Positions 1 through 14,093 of a stretch of DNA of 64,000 nucleotides are shown here, piece by piece. The stretch covers positions 83,204,001 through 83,268,000 of the forward strand of contig OZ024742.1 in assembly GCA_964016885.1 (NCBI GenBank), given 5' to 3'. The stretch is from Eledone cirrhosa (lineage: Eukaryota). Under the pieces are notes generated by a model that was given only the letters and a program-made list of their open reading frames with translations, was not told the origin of the DNA and ran no database searches. Position numbers and translations under genes: made by a program. How positions within the stretch are numbered: the first letter of the stretch is position 1; each line of letters opens with the position of its first letter.

Positions 1-169
1 TGCGAATATACTTAAATAGAATTTCAAGAGAAATAGTAAAATATGCATACATATATCTATGCGCATTTCACCACATGCAAGTATTTCTGCGAAAGTCTAT
101 TCCTCTTTATACATATCTAACTATCCGTCTATCTATCTGTGATCGGTCCTTCCCCCTCTCCTTCTATAT

Positions 170-211
170 ATAACATACATATATATATATGTGTATGTGC
201 ATATATATATA

Positions 212-253
<42 letters not shown>

Positions 254-278
254 ATACACATATATATGTGTATATATT

Positions 279-335
<57 letters not shown>

Positions 336-340
336 ACGCT

Positions 341-405
<65 letters not shown>

Positions 406-535
406 ATACATGTATATATGTATGCATGGCATGTATGCATGTATGCATGTATATATATGTATGCATGTATGCATGTATATATATGCATATATATATATGT
501 ATATATATATACATATATATACATGCATACATACA
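170..535. repeat. (TA)n/(TATG)n compound microsatellite
   Basis: Directly visible. It explains the YI/IY-repeat ORFs. Confidence 0.95.
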
Positions 536-851
536 TGGTGGCTGCCAACTCGTTTTCGAGTATGGCCACTACTTTATATCCATGTAGGAGAACCCCTACC
601 GATGCGCTGAACGAGTGTGACCTTTTAGTCCAGTCAGCGACTTGAAAACTCTGGTACAAACACTACACTTGCGACAATTATTGACACATAGTGCTGGGCC
701 CATGGTACCATGTGACGACAAGTGCAGAGAGATCTCCAGATATAAAGCAATGCCTGTGCCGTGAAGCTTTCATAGTGAGCAAAGGCACTGCACAAAGCCA
801 GTCCCACTCTCTTAACCAAGATGATATTTACCAAAAAGAAGAACAAGTCAT
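532..851 (-). mobile_element. Partial tandem duplicate of the 3' part of the non-autonomous retroposon at 903-1462
   Basis: Near-identical to 903-1222 (CATGGTGGCTGCCAACTCG...GAAGAACAAGTCA). Separated from it by (CATA)n. Confidence 0.85.
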
Positions 852-902
852 ATATACATACATACATACATACATACATACATACATACATACATACAAA
901 CA

Positions 903-1462
903 TACATGGTGGCTGCCAACTCGTTTTCGAGTACGGCCACTACTTTATATCCATGTAGGAGAACTCCTACCGATGCGCTGAACGAGTGTGACTTTTTAGT
1001 CCAGTCAGCGACTTGAAAACTATGGTACAAACATTACACCTGTGACAATTATTGACATATAGTGCCGGGCCCTTGGTACCATGTGACGACAAGTGCAGAG
1101 AGATCTCCAGATATAAAGCAATGCCTGTGCCGTGAAGCTTTTATAGTGAGCAAAGGCACTGCACAAAGCCTGTCCCACTCTCTTAACCAAGATGATATTT
1201 ACCAAAAAGAAGAACAAGTCAACATCATTGGATACCATCAGAGTTGCAGGTGTTATATCAGAGTTTTCCTTCTCCTAGAATTCTGCCTTGACAAAGGCTA
1301 AGGGGTCATCTCTCCCGGTGATTTTGGATGGCCATTGACTCTTAAGAGCTCTTTTGCCCTTTGACAGGTTTTGTTTTTAGTCCTGCAAGATGTCCAAAGT
1401 CACACTCCTCACCAAGAAACCTTGGTGGGGTTGCCAGTTTAGTCGCCAACGACCCGACCATG
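903..1462 (-). mobile_element. Non-autonomous RTE-related (SINE-like) retroposon, ~560 bp, with (TATG)n tail
   Basis: Minus strand has TAGCCTTTGTCAAGGCAG..CTAGGAGAAGGAAAACTCTG, resembling RTE 5' UTRs. A related copy lies at 28776-29228. No credible ORF. Confidence 0.6.
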
Positions 1463-1572
1463 AGACAGGTTGTACTGGGATACATACATACATACATACA
1501 TACATACATACATACATACATACATACATACATACATACATACATACATACATACATACATACATACATACA

Positions 1573-2505
1573 TTTGCAATCCAAGAACAGGAGATTAACA
1601 CGAAATACCTGATTCACAAAAGAGATAGGGATGCAGGCAAAACACATAGATATGATAACATGTGCAGACTCTGCAGAACTAACATCGAGGATATCACCCA
1701 TGTCATGAGCAGCTGTCCAAAGATGTCATCGTGGTACTATCTACCTATGAGGCAGGATGTAGTGGCCAAAACACTATACGATGCAGTTCGTAAAAAAAGA
1801 TAGCCCCGATAATAAACACATTAAAAGCTACAGCAATGTGGAAGACATCTATGTACATAATATGAAAGAGTACTGGTGGAATGTTCCAGTAAAAACCCCA
1901 ATAAAATGCAGGCATAAGAGACCAGATATTATGATATGGGACGGGGAGAAGAAAGCATACACAGTAGTGGAAATTAGCTGCCCAGCAGACGCCAATATAA
2001 TATCAAACATTAGTGAAAAGGAGAATATTTATACTGAACTGATGAGAAATCTGCAGATACTCCACCCTGATTACACCTTCAGATTTATGCCTGTGATTAT
2101 TGGGGCACTGGGATATGTTAGTAACTGCCTCAATACAAATCTTGAGAAGCTAGGCTTCACAAGAACAGAAAGAACACAACTAGTTAGGAAATTACAAGTA
2201 CAATCTATTAATGGAACAGTAAAAATATGTAAAACATTCCAAAAATGTTGCATCTAATAACTGCATATACACATGTACAGATGCAAAGCATGCACACATA
2301 CAACATGCACACATATAACTCAAAACATACACATCCACACATTAATAACATCCATATCTACACATATATGCATACATACATATCTAGCTAGTTGATGTGT
2401 AAATTCCAATGAGAGAGTCTTGTGTCTATGTTAGAAACCGACTCTCTCTCTCTCTATTGGTAAAACTTTGTGAAATTATAAAACCAGAAGAACATACATA
2501 CATTC
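1573..2505 (+). mobile_element. 3' fragment of R4/Dong-like non-LTR retrotransposon (CCHC + restriction-like endonuclease + 3' UTR)
   Basis: AIQEQEINT, CRLCRTNIEDITHVMSSC, RPDIMIWD..VVEISCP, PVIIGALG. One in-frame stop. Bounded by CATA repeats. Confidence 0.9.
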
Positions 2506-3470
2506 ATACGTTCCATGAGAAAATACATGATTGGTTACTGTGAAATTGTTTATGGTTGCAACGATGTAAAATAGAAAAATATAACACGTGACAATCTATA
2601 AAATCACGTACTCTTTGATCTCGTTGGATCTCATCATATATCTATACAGGAAATGTTATAATGTTGTTTTGTTTGTACTTTTCGCGAAATCCCTACACTT
2701 TACCTATATCGCATATGTGTAAATACCCGTTTATGTATGCCCTAATAGAATACACATAACGTTAATAGATCGTTCGAATGGTGTAGTAAATTCATACTGA
2801 ACTATAATTCCTAAGTTATAATCCGGACGATATATACTGATGTACATAAATGGAAAAGTGAATGTATATGCATTTATTTTGATTTCAAATTCGATTCTAT
2901 ATGTATACTTGATATTTGTGTGGATGACCGCTACCGAAAGAGTATGCCGTACTTATAGTCATATACACACGTGTCTGTGCATTTAACATTTTTTTTTTCA
3001 GCAGGAAATAATTCTGCATGTTAAATAATGAATCTGCAAGTGGTCTTTCAATCAGGTAAAATATGCCTCAAATCGATTTTCTCTTCAATAAAAAATGAAT
3101 GGTGTATTGCATAAACTAATATTACGCAGATTATTACTAAATATAATTCGTGATGACCATGGCTGTCATGTTTTTGAATATACATCTACTCAATAAATGG
3201 ATAATGTTGGCTTACCTTCAGAGAAAATAATAACAAAGTTATGAAGATTATTTCTGTTCCCTAGGCAATCGCCAATGGTGTTTTTTTATATCACAGTTTG
3301 TCATCACCTAGAGTTATATGATTGAATAATACTTCCGCCTGGTGTCTAAACTATATTTAGGTCCCTGTATAAATATAAGTGCTAATTCAATTCAATACAA
3401 TGTATTGCAATTTTTTTCTTTACACTAGAGGTGTCATAGTCACATTCACGTTCAAGCTATTATTATCATT

Positions 3471-3656
3471 GGTGGATTGGCAGTATCGGTAGAGGGTCGG
3501 ACGCCATGCTTTCCAGCATAGTTACGTCCCTTTATGATCTGAGTTCAAATCCCGCCGAGGTTGACTTTGCCTTTCATCCTTACGGGGTCGATAAAATAAA
3601 GTACCAGTAATGCACTGGGTAATTGCTGGCCTTGTGCCTAAAGTAGAAACAATTAT
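3471..3656 (+). mobile_element. tRNA-derived SINE (octopus OR-like / Meta-domain type)
   Basis: A-box-like TGGCAGTATCGG, B-box GAGTTCAAATC, core GCCTTTCATCCTTACGGGGTCGATAAAAT. Several copies in the window. Confidence 0.85.
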
Positions 3657-3814
3657 CATTAAATGAAAAAGTAAAATACCATAGGAATGGTCGACAAAAA
3701 ATATAGAGCCCTAAAACAGTTGCCGAGAAACATCCGATGAGGTTGCAACAATTTTTATATAGACGTTCAATACATAAACATATACATTATATTGACTGAT
3801 ATAAATATACTATA

Positions 3815-5252
3815 TGTATGTTCTTCTAGTTTTATAATTTTATGATTTTTTTACCAATAGATAGAGTCGGTTTCTACATAGACACTAGACTCTCTCATTG
3901 GAATTTAAGCAACATGAACTAAGAAGATATGTATGTATGTCTGCATGACTGCGTGTGTGTAAAGGTATGGATGTTAATGTATGTGTGGATGTGGATGTTT
4001 TGAGTTACATGTGTGCATGTGCATATTCTTTGTATCTGTCTGTACATGTGTGTATGCAGTTATTAGATGAAGAATTTTTGGAATGTTTTACATATTTTTG
4101 CTGTTCCATTAATGGATTGTACTTGTAATTTCCTAACTAGTTGTGTTCTTTCTGTTCCTGTGAAGCCTAGCTTCTGACATATCCCAGTGCCCCAATAATC
4201 GCAGGTATACATTTGAAGGTATAGTAAGGGTGAAGTATCATTAGATTTCTCATTAATTCTGCACAGATATTCTCCTTTTCGCTAATCTCTAATATTATAT
4301 TGGCATCTACTCTGCTGGGCAGCTAACATCCACTACAGTGCATGCCTTCTTTTCTCTGTCCCATATCTGGTCTGTTATGCTTGCATTTTATTGGGATTTT
4401 GACTGGAACAACAGTTTTCTTTCATATTATGTATGCATATATCTTCCACATTGCTGTAACTTTTAATGTAGTTATTGTCGCTGCTATCTTTTCTACGGAT
4501 TGTATTGTACAATATTTTGGCCACTACATCATGCCTCAAAAGAAGATACTACCGTGATGACATCTTTCGACAGCTGCTTATGACATGGGTGACATTTTCG
4601 ATGTTAATTCTGCAGAGTCTGCATTTATTGTCTCATCTAGGTGTTTTGCATGCATCCCTATCTCTTTTATGAATCAGGTATTTTGTGTTGATTTTCTGTT
4701 CTTGGATTGCAAAATCATACTCTTCAAAGTGGGAGCCAATATAGTGGTTGTCGGTCCAAGATAGACTACTTTACTTATCTATATTACTCTCACTCTGGAG
4801 CTTCCTGGCAACATATCCATGCATGACGTTTTGCTGATAAGCATGCAGTTTTTCATCCATAGATTCGCTGCGGTATTGCTGGGTAATTTCCCTGGGTGTG
4901 AGTTTTTGATTATCATGCAGGGATTATCTTTCAAGGAGTTCCTTCCCAACTCTCATGATCTTGTCTGTCCCATGCAGGCATACTTGCTCAGTAGATGGAC
5001 TCCTACGTTTGGAGGTTCGTTAATTTTGTCGGAGGGATATGATGTGACATTCAAATGCTGTCTGGACTGATGTTAGCCCTCTGCCTCCCTGATTACGTTT
5101 CAAGTAGAGGCGGTCTGAGTTACTGCTGGTGTAGACGTTGCAGGTTTTGTTTATAATCTTTTGAGTTTTAACATCAATTGCTCGGATTCCGTCTATCATC
5201 CAAACGAGCATTCTAAATGTTGATGTTAGGACAGGCACAGCTAACACATTGT
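3815..5252 (-). mobile_element. Decayed 3' part of R4/Dong-like LINE
   Basis: Reverse-complement homolog of 1573-2505, extending into the RT thumb (DRLYLKRNQGGRGL). (TATG)n at the 5' junction. Confidence 0.85.
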
Positions 5253-5339
5253 ATGTATGTATATATGTATGTAAGTATGTAAGTATGTATATGTGTATGT
5301 AAGTTTGTATGTATGTAAATATTCATGCATGTATGTCTG

Positions 5340-5632
5340 TATGTTTTGCTGGATTTATTTCTTTATTAATTTTCACAAATAGAGAGCGAGAGCCGATTTC
5401 TAGCATAGACACAAGTCTCTTTCAGACTTGAGGCAAATGTACAACTAAATCATGGTATACATAACTGAATTAGGTGTAGCAATAACTGTCAAGCTTCTGC
5501 AAACTTAGAGATATAATGACATATGCAGGCTACTCATCTCAAGGACAAGTGGGTGGGGGAGGCCGTTATAAACATCATCAACTAGGTAAATACGTTGTGT
5601 GTCTTTATGTGTGTTTGTGTGTTTGTGTGTAT

Positions 5633-5686
<54 letters not shown>

Positions 5687-5990
5687 GTATGGATATTTTT
5701 GTATGTGTCGTTCTACGTTTCCAGTTATATGCGTACACGTTTCTGTATCCATACATGTGTATATGCGGTTTATACATGCTACATTTCTTAAATGTTTCAC
5801 CTATTTCTATTGGTTCATTAATAGAATATACTTGCAACTTCCTAACTAGCCGTGCTCTTTCTGATTCTGTGAAGCCCGGCTTCTCAAAATTGGTACTTAA
5901 GCAGTTAGTCGCATATCTAAGAGCACCAACTCTCACAGGCATAAATCTTAAGGTATAATCAAGGTGGGGTTTCTGCAGAATTCTCGGGTG
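5340..5990 (-). mobile_element. Short 3' fragment of R4/Dong-like LINE with internal (GT)n
   Basis: DYTLRFMPVRVGAL..LVRKLQV and a 3' UTR shared with other copies. Confidence 0.75.
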
Positions 5991-6370
5991 TATATATGTA
6001 TTTATGCATGCGTATGCATGTATGTATGTATGCGTATGCATGTGTATGTCTGTGTGTGTGCGGGTGTGTGTACCTGTTGGTTTGTATGTATTTATGTATG
6101 TGTTTGTATACACAATATCATTTTTTTATCTTTTGTGTAAAAGCATATTTTATAGTGAAAAGAAAAAAGCCTGTAAGTTTTAATTCCTATTAATGGTTAT
6201 ATACATGACCCTTCTATCCATTTTTCTTCGTTTCCAGATTTAATTTACCTGATTTTCTTAAACATTATTTATAGAAATCAATTCTTTTTATCGTCATTTG
6301 CAATAGGACGCAGACATTTAGAATATATACTTATACGAAGGTCAGCTGAGACTTTCATAGGTTGACCAAG

Positions 6371-6553
6371 ATAATTGTTTCTACTTTTTGGCACAAGGCC
6401 AGCAATTACCCAGTGCATTACTGGTACTTTATTTTATCGACCCCGTAAGGATGAAAGACAAAGTTAACCTCGGCGGGATTTGAACTCAGAATGGCAAGGG
6501 CCGTAACTCTATGCGTCAAAGCATGGCGTTCGACCCTCTACCGATACTGCCAA
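6371..6553 (-). mobile_element. tRNA-derived SINE
   Basis: Reverse-complement homolog of 3471-3656. Confidence 0.85.
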
Positions 6554-7721
6554 ATATCATGGAATCATCGAAGGAGGTTTATTTTCATCATAGACACTGG
6601 AAAGAAATAATTCAGTTATTTATAAGACAGTTTGAATTTATGCAAGCAATATTTCACAGCTCTAGCGTCACTCATTCATAGTCCGCCTACATTCGTACAA
6701 ATAGGCACACACATAATCACTTTGGCAGTACACAAGAAAAACACAGGCCTTATCACAAATAAATACTGCTTGTTACACAAACGCCATCCACAGTACACAT
6801 AGGTCGAACGACACACACCAACACACATACTGATAATACAATCAACATCTCTCCGACACATATACGTACAAACACACACACACGCACTCGTTAAATGAGA
6901 TACACCCAGGCACGTATATCACTTGTCTATCGCTCCAATGACAAAGTATATTGGCGTGTAAATGTGCAAATCTCTAAATATACACTACATTTTTATGTTA
7001 ACCAAATCAACACCACATCCCGCCCCTTATGAAAGTTCACTGATTTTACAGTAAAAAAAAATCTTGACATTCTTTTGAAATAAATGAACTGACTGATTTC
7101 ATAATCTATTAGACGATAAACTGCTAACAATCTAATGAAGATCTCAACTATTTTCCAAATATATACATATATTCCTTCAATATGCAGCACTAAAAATATA
7201 TGGTCATAAAAAAACCACTCTCTTCTTCCAAGTCACAGTTCACCACACACACATATTCATACTTTAAGATTTCACACACAATGAAAAAGTGTATTCTCTT
7301 CCACATACACGGACATATACATTTAAATACACTTACATAAACACATATTCACCCACATGCAAGTAAATAAAATGTAGGTTCACGGTCTGAATAGACACGA
7401 TATATCTAGTTCTTTGCCGATATATCTAGTTCTTTGCAAATTTTATATATATATATATATTACAGTATATATATAATGATGTGCTAATGAGCAGATATTT
7501 TATGAAATACCTTATAAAATAAGGAAATAGGATGAACCATTAAACACGGAAATAGTTGGCATCATCCGCTATAGAGGATCGAACTCCTTATCTCCCACAT
7601 ACCAGCTTTAAACTATAAATATATATATATATCCAAAATTAAATTAAGGGTGTCATGTCAGAGACATGCGTCATATCCACTGTAGAATATGCTCCAAGAT
7701 TCCAATGAATAGATGCGAGCA

Positions 7722-7843
7722 TTTTATATCAACTAGTATTTGATTGACATATATCTAAAATAAACATATGAAACAATCACAAGGAATCCCTGTCATTGTT
7801 CCATATGTTTATTTTAGATATATATATGTCAATCAATTTCTAG

Positions 7844-7850
<7 letters not shown>
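7722..7850. repeat. ~130 bp imperfect palindrome abutting (TA)n(GT)n
   Basis: ACTAGTATTTGATTGACATATATCTAAAATAAACATATG is mirrored by CATATGTTTATTTTAGATATATATATGTCAATCAATTTCTAGT. Confidence 0.85.
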
Positions 7851-7925
<75 letters not shown>

Positions 7926-8421
7926 AGTGTGTGTGTGTGTGTGTGTGTGTTTTAAAGGGGAAACCTTTTTTTTTTTTTTATCGAAAATAAAAGATAAACA
8001 GACGAACGGCACAGAACTCCAAGTTCTTCAGCCAGTGCGACGGCCTTTGGCAGAATCGACCACTACCGATCACAGCATCTGATACAATCCAATTCACTGT
8101 CCGTGGAGTAAAAGGCAAAACAAAACAATAGCTTACACCAATTAATACATAACATGTACACATACAATTTTATGTGACGACTAAGGGAAGGTATTGTGCT
8201 TTTTACACCAACGATAGTCTCCTGAGAATAAAAAAATTAGGTAAAGAAAAAAAATAGAGTATGAAAGAAAAGCAAAGGAAAGAATAAGAAATATTTGTAT
8301 ATTAAAGAGAGACACGACTCTACTGCCAATAATAGTCTTACTAGATTAAAACTTGTAAAATACTGATCTCTCCACCTCTCCTTCCTCTCTTTCTCTCTCT
8401 CTATTATATATATATATAATA

Positions 8422-8508
8422 TCTGTTCAAACGGCCGGAGCTCAGCCATCGGGTCCTGAGATGTTTTATATTACCCACTCTATTACCCCAGTATCGAGTA
8501 CTCTGGTG
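8422..8508 (+). mobile_element. Partial copy of the hairpin-plus-tail element family (see 17985-18176)
   Basis: AAACGGCCGGAGCTCAGCCATCGGGTCCTGA...GTATCGAGTACTCTGGTG matches the reverse complement of 18017-18105. Confidence 0.75.
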
Positions 8509-10327
8509 AAATGTGCGAAATTCTTGGTTCAGTTTGGTATATTTAAAAAAGGGAAAAGAATGACTTCACTTGTAGTTCTAAACAATTTGATTTAATTTTA
8601 TAATATTATAATTTTACAATTTAGCTTTGTAAATCTAGTAAGTTCTTTAACTTCGGTGGGAAGATTTTTAAAGATTGCTGGTTAACTTTCCTGGAGAACT
8701 TTCTCGCATTCGTCGGTGGCGATTGTCAAACTGAGATTAGGTTGTGTTGTGATGTGTGACTCTATATATAAGAGAGATTTGAATGTGTCTGGGGAGTGAT
8801 GGTGTTAATGAGTGTTGGAGTGAAGGAGTGTTGATGAAGATTTAAAGGAATTAAAGCATACATATATACACATATATATATATATATACACATATACACA
8901 TATATACATATATACACAGAAAATAGTGAATGGTAACAGCAAGATACTTGATTGGGAGTGATGTTGGGGTTGTTTAAAGAATGTTTAAGAAAGGGGCTGT
9001 AAAGGTGCCCTCCTGCTGGTTCCATTTCAATCACATATTGAAAAAAGGAAAATATCCAAATAGAAGTTGATGACACCCACACTTTCTAACGTTCGATCGT
9101 TGAAGAGACTATAATTTGCGAAGAATCTGCCTGTTAGCGGATATGTGTGAGTTTATGTGGGTACTTCTGCTTTGGAAATTTGAATTATGTATCATTATCG
9201 CCTCCAAGTGCTGTGTGTGTGGTATAGTCGTGCGCTGCGCTCGTATTCGTTTCGGTGACAGTGTTGGTGTGCATATATTTACGTAATTGTGCGCGTGTTC
9301 TATCTTTCTATACATGTGTAGTTGTGTGTTCGTTGTGAGGTGGATTTTCTGTGTGTATGTACACGTAGCTAATGGCAGAACGAAAAGACAGCTACATCAC
9401 GACTAACACATGTGCACACACACACCACACTTACAGACGATACGCATGCACATAGTGCAGACGCACATAACGGTCATTTACAATTTGTTTGTTTTTTTTT
9501 TTGTTTTTTTTATCTTCTCCCACAATGCAACTCCAATCCAACCCCAAACCCGAGAATCCATATTACATAACCATCTGAGGATTTACAAATAGTCTACAAA
9601 ACCGTAACGCCCTAATCTATCAACTGACAGTTCAACACCGCACATGCAGAGCACTCACCATGTAGAACACTGTGGGAAAGTGTTACGCCCTATGCCAAAC
9701 ATCTCCCTGATTATTCCTGCAAAACAAGACTAATCTTCCAATAAACACACAAAATGAGAATTACAATATGTCAACAGAACATTTTCATCACTATTTCCAT
9801 CAATAATTCTACTTGGTTCAAATTTATCTTTTTTACTCACCACTTTATACATTTTTCGCCGGCTGTCAAGCATTTTTTTTTTTCAAGGTTTCGTGTTTTA
9901 TCCAAGACATTAATTTAAACTCCTACTTTTTCATTAAATATTAAATAAAACACCCTCATACTTATACACTCATATATCAGTTTAGCTGTCTAAGTACCAA
10001 TACATTCATCAGTAAAAAAACAACAATTATTCCTTATGTCCACATACAAAACGCTCCGCCCACCTACAACTAAAAATCTTGAGACACCCCATTCGAAATG
10101 GATTTAAATATATGAATAAGTTTCAGTCATCCAACGAAAGGAGATTGAAGGAACAGCGTTGATTACTTTCAAATGATCTCTACAGCATTACTCCTCTGAA
10201 TATATATATATACATACATCTCTCCAAAATGCCTGACCGAATACGCACAGTTGTTTTTTCTCTATCATGTTTCATTTCCTTCTTTTCAGTCACTACCTTT
10301 CTATTTCGTCATTTATTTCTCATTCTC

Positions 10328-10363
10328 TCTTCAGATGAAGGTGTAGTATCCGAAATATTAAGA
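10328..10363 (+). ncRNA. Degenerate minimal hammerhead-like motif (CAGAUGA variant)
   Basis: TCTT CAGATGA AGGTGTAGTATCC GAAA TATT AAGA. Flanks are homologous to 29650-29725. Confidence 0.45.
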
Positions 10364-10619
10364 TTTTTCCTATTATTTCAAGCGTTGAATGAAATAATAT
10401 ATTTATTCATTCTACTGTGTTATTTCTGATAACATTATATATGCATTTATATAAATATAAATAAATGCACACATACACACGCGCGCGCACACACGCACAC
10501 ACACATATACACATACACACATACACACATATATATATATATATAAGAGAGTGAGGTGTTTTTTTTTTGGGGGGGGGTTACTAAATGAAAAATAACCGAG
10601 GTGTCCTACACGAGTGAAA

Positions 10620-11430
10620 GTATAAGGAAAAAAGATGAAATTGAAAATGCAACTGGAGTCTTTTTTATATATATATATATTTATTTGGTTCCTTTACCGG
10701 TTTCGCAGTTCTTCTACTTTTCAAAAGTAGAATTGCGATGGAGGGTCTGTGGTTTTTCTCACATCAGGTTGGTCTTTGAATGTTACTTCTGCTTTATATG
10801 GAAAAAAGTGGCTCGAAATGCCAGGTTTTTAGAGAAGTAATTTGGCTGGTTGGTGAATAAGTATAATAAATTTCGAGCCAGTTCACGTTACAAAGTTCTT
10901 CAAAAAAAGAGGGGGCTCAGGTTGTTTTTTCATATATGAGTGAAGTTTGATTGATGCAGTCGTAATTTCATTTATAACCAATCAAATTACATTTATAAAA
11001 AAAAGCCTTCGTGAGCCACTTTGTTTTAAGTAAAAAGAAATTCAAACACAAACTGGCGCGAAAGTTGATGTGCTTATTCACGAGACTGCATCAAGCAACC
11101 AAACTTCACTCATATATCAAAAAACAACCTGAGCACCCCCCTTTGTTTGAAGTACTTTGTAACGCGAACTGGCGCGAAATTTATTATACTTATTCACCAA
11201 CCAACCAAATTACTTCTCTAAAAACCTGGCATTTCGAGCCACTTTTTTCCATATAAAAGAGAAGTAACATTCAAAGACCAACCAGATGTGAGAAAAACCA
11301 CAGATCCTCCATCTCAACTCTACTTTTGAAAAGCAGAAGAACTGAAAAACCGGTAAAGGAACCAAATAAATATATATTAAAAAAAAAAAGACTCCAGTTG
11401 CATTTTCGATTTCATCTTTTTTCCTTATAT
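10620..11430. mobile_element. Foldback/MITE-like element with ~340 bp inverted arms
   Basis: Arms ~10620-10962 and ~11082-11430 are reverse complements (TATAAGGAAAAAAGATGAAAT... / ...ATTTCATCTTTTTTCCTTATA). ~120 bp spacer. Confidence 0.85.
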
Positions 11431-12064
11431 ATATATATATATATTATTTTGTCAATCCCAGATGTATGATAGACAACGTTGGCATCAGCGACTTTTGAAC
11501 TTAGCACATAATAGAAACTAACAAGACAATGCATTCTATTTCGCATACCACACAACTGATTTTTCTTATTCCAAAATCGTCTGCTGCTAATAATAGAAAA
11601 TATAGCGGTTATAACTAAATGTATTGTCAACAGGAGTACTATTATTCTTTACGGATTGTGTTGAAATATCTGGTTTATATTAATATCAGAAATATGTAGA
11701 ATCTCATCGGAAAGAAGAAATTTGTTAAGCAGAAAGTTTGACTCTCATTTCTCTTAAGATATCATGATTAATTGAAATATGACATTTTAATTAATAATGA
11801 TATCTTAGATTTATTAGGAAACGGAAATTAAAAGTATAAGCTTTAGCAAAGTGAAGTGAAGCGGTTCCAACCGGAAATCAAAACTGAATTCGCCAGGAGA
11901 ATTTACAACAACCGCTAAACGCTAAATTCGAGTTTTGTATTCCAATCTCTTCTCTTTACATCTCTCTCTCCAACTCTCTACATCTCTTACTCTTTGTCCA
12001 TCTCACTCAGTCATTCTCTATATTTACATGTATATATGTAGGTAGTTTCATATATAAAATACGA

Positions 12065-12110
<46 letters not shown>

Positions 12111-14093
12111 GTGTGTGCATGGATGTGTAATATAATGTAATATATACATATATATTTATTGACTATATGTTGGTTGTATACCAACACCTCAGTATGCAGA
12201 TTGGAGCACTCGACGAAGTGCGCAGGTTGGTTTGGTTACTCCGGAGTAATGTAAAATAAACTAAAATAAATAAGTCAAATATTTAAAATTTGGCTTCGTT
12301 TATATATTTCGTATATATATTTCGGTGACAGCCATCTTTGGCTGTGACCTCTTCAGGCAGTCCGAATTAGTGTGGTAGAGACGAGTACACAAGTTGTTGA
12401 GGTGTTTAACTTTGTCAATACTCTGATATGCCCAGTTCCTGGTGGGTTGTTATTTCACTGAGGAACTGGAATTATATGAATTTAAACAAACTAATTTCAG
12501 CGACAGAGGACATCCTCTCCTCCCATTGGTCAGTTGTGAGAACATTCCTCAGTCAAAAGTCTATAGAAATTCGTTCTGAGGCGAGGCAATCTGTAGTGGT
12601 TGTTCTTGTTATTTTTAAGTACATCTGACCTCTACTCTTATGTTGGTAGTGGTGTTGGTGTTGGAGTCAGCTGAAAAAAATGATAAAATGGTAAAAATTA
12701 TAAAATGGTAGAAGGAATAATATGGTAAGAGAATAAAATGTGTGTGTGTTATAACAAATCTCAAAGTTAGAAAGATTTGTAAGATCCAGCCTCCCATTGG
12801 TCAGTTGTGAGAGCATTCCTCAGTCAGCAATCTATAGAAATCTATAGAAATTCTTTCTGGGTTGAGGCTATTTTTAGCGTTTGTTTTTGCTATTAAGTAC
12901 ATCTGGCCTCTACCCTTATTTTGGTAGTGGTGTTGGAGCTGCGGTCAGCCTAGGTCTTGCTGTTGCTGATTTTAGAAGTATCTGTGTGTGTTTTGCATCA
13001 ATCCTGTCACCATTTCTCGTGGTGGTGGTGGTGGTGGTGGTGGTGGGGGTACCAATCATATGAAGAAATTAAAGGCAATAAAGTGAAGAAATTAGAAAAT
13101 GAAAATAAGATAATATAAACAAAAAATTAAACAAAAGAATGATAAAATGGTATAAGGAATAAGATGGTAGAAGAATAAAATAAGATAATCAAATAAAATG
13201 TGTGTGTGTTATAACCAATCTCAAAGTTAGAAAGATTTGTAAATTCCACTTTTCTCATTGGTCAGTTGTGAGAGCATTCCTCAGTTAAAAATCTATAGAA
13301 ATTCTTTCTGGGGTGAGGCTATCTGTAGTGTTTGTTTTTGCTATTGTTAAGTATATCTGACCTCTACCCTTATTTTCGGTAGTGGTGTTGGTGCTGCGGT
13401 CAGCCTAGGTCTTGCTGCTGCTAATTTTATAAGTATCTGTGTGTGGTTTCCACCATCCTGCCACCATTTCTCGTGGTGGTGGGGGGGGGGATTGTGCCAT
13501 GCATATGAAGAAATATAAGGCAATAAAATGAAGAAAATAGAAAATAAATGAAAAATAAGAAAATGAAGATTCAAATAAAGTAAAATAAAATGTGTGGGTG
13601 TTATAACCAATCTCAAAGTTATAAAAATGTGCTGCGGTCAGCCTAGGTCTTGCTGCTGAGGATTTTAGAAGTATCTGTGTGTGGTTGCATCCATCCTGCC
13701 ACCATTTCTCGTGGTGGTGGGAGGCGGGGTTGTGCCATGCATATGAAGAAAAGTGCAATAACATGAAGAAAATAGAAAATAAATGAAAAATAAATGAAAA
13801 GTAAGAAAATGAAGATTCAAATAAAATAAAATAAAATAAAATAAAATGTGTGTTATAACCAATCTCAAAGTTATAAAGATGTTGGCGGCCAAATTAGAAA
13901 GGCTGTGTCAGAATCAATCTCTAGGCTATCATGGTGTCTGCTCAGCCTGGATGGGTCCCTATGGCTTGAGGGGAGTTCCCAACCTATGGTGTTGTTACTG
14001 CCCATATAGCTTGAGGGCGGTCCGGCCAAAAGGTGTCTACATGTTATGGAGAAGTCTCTATAACTTGAGGGGAGTTCACATCTCAGTGTCTTG

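Noticed and set aside
129-659. Long YI/IY, HT, CV and MYVC-repeat ORFs here and throughout the window
   Set aside because: They are translations of stop-free microsatellites, not genes.
3002-3055. Apparent 54-nt exon (TTTTTCAG ... CAG|GTAAA)
   Set aside because: Stop codons in all three frames and no other support.
3471-3560. tRNA gene
   Set aside because: A/B boxes are present but there is no cloverleaf. It is the head of a multicopy SINE.
8560-10200. Possible decayed PLE remnants
   Set aside because: Only vague compositional resemblance. No motif could be read with confidence.
12500-13870. Recurrent repeat units as a CRISPR-like array
   Set aside because: Eukaryotic context, irregular long units, non-unique spacers and no cas genes. 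These are pLTR subrepeats.
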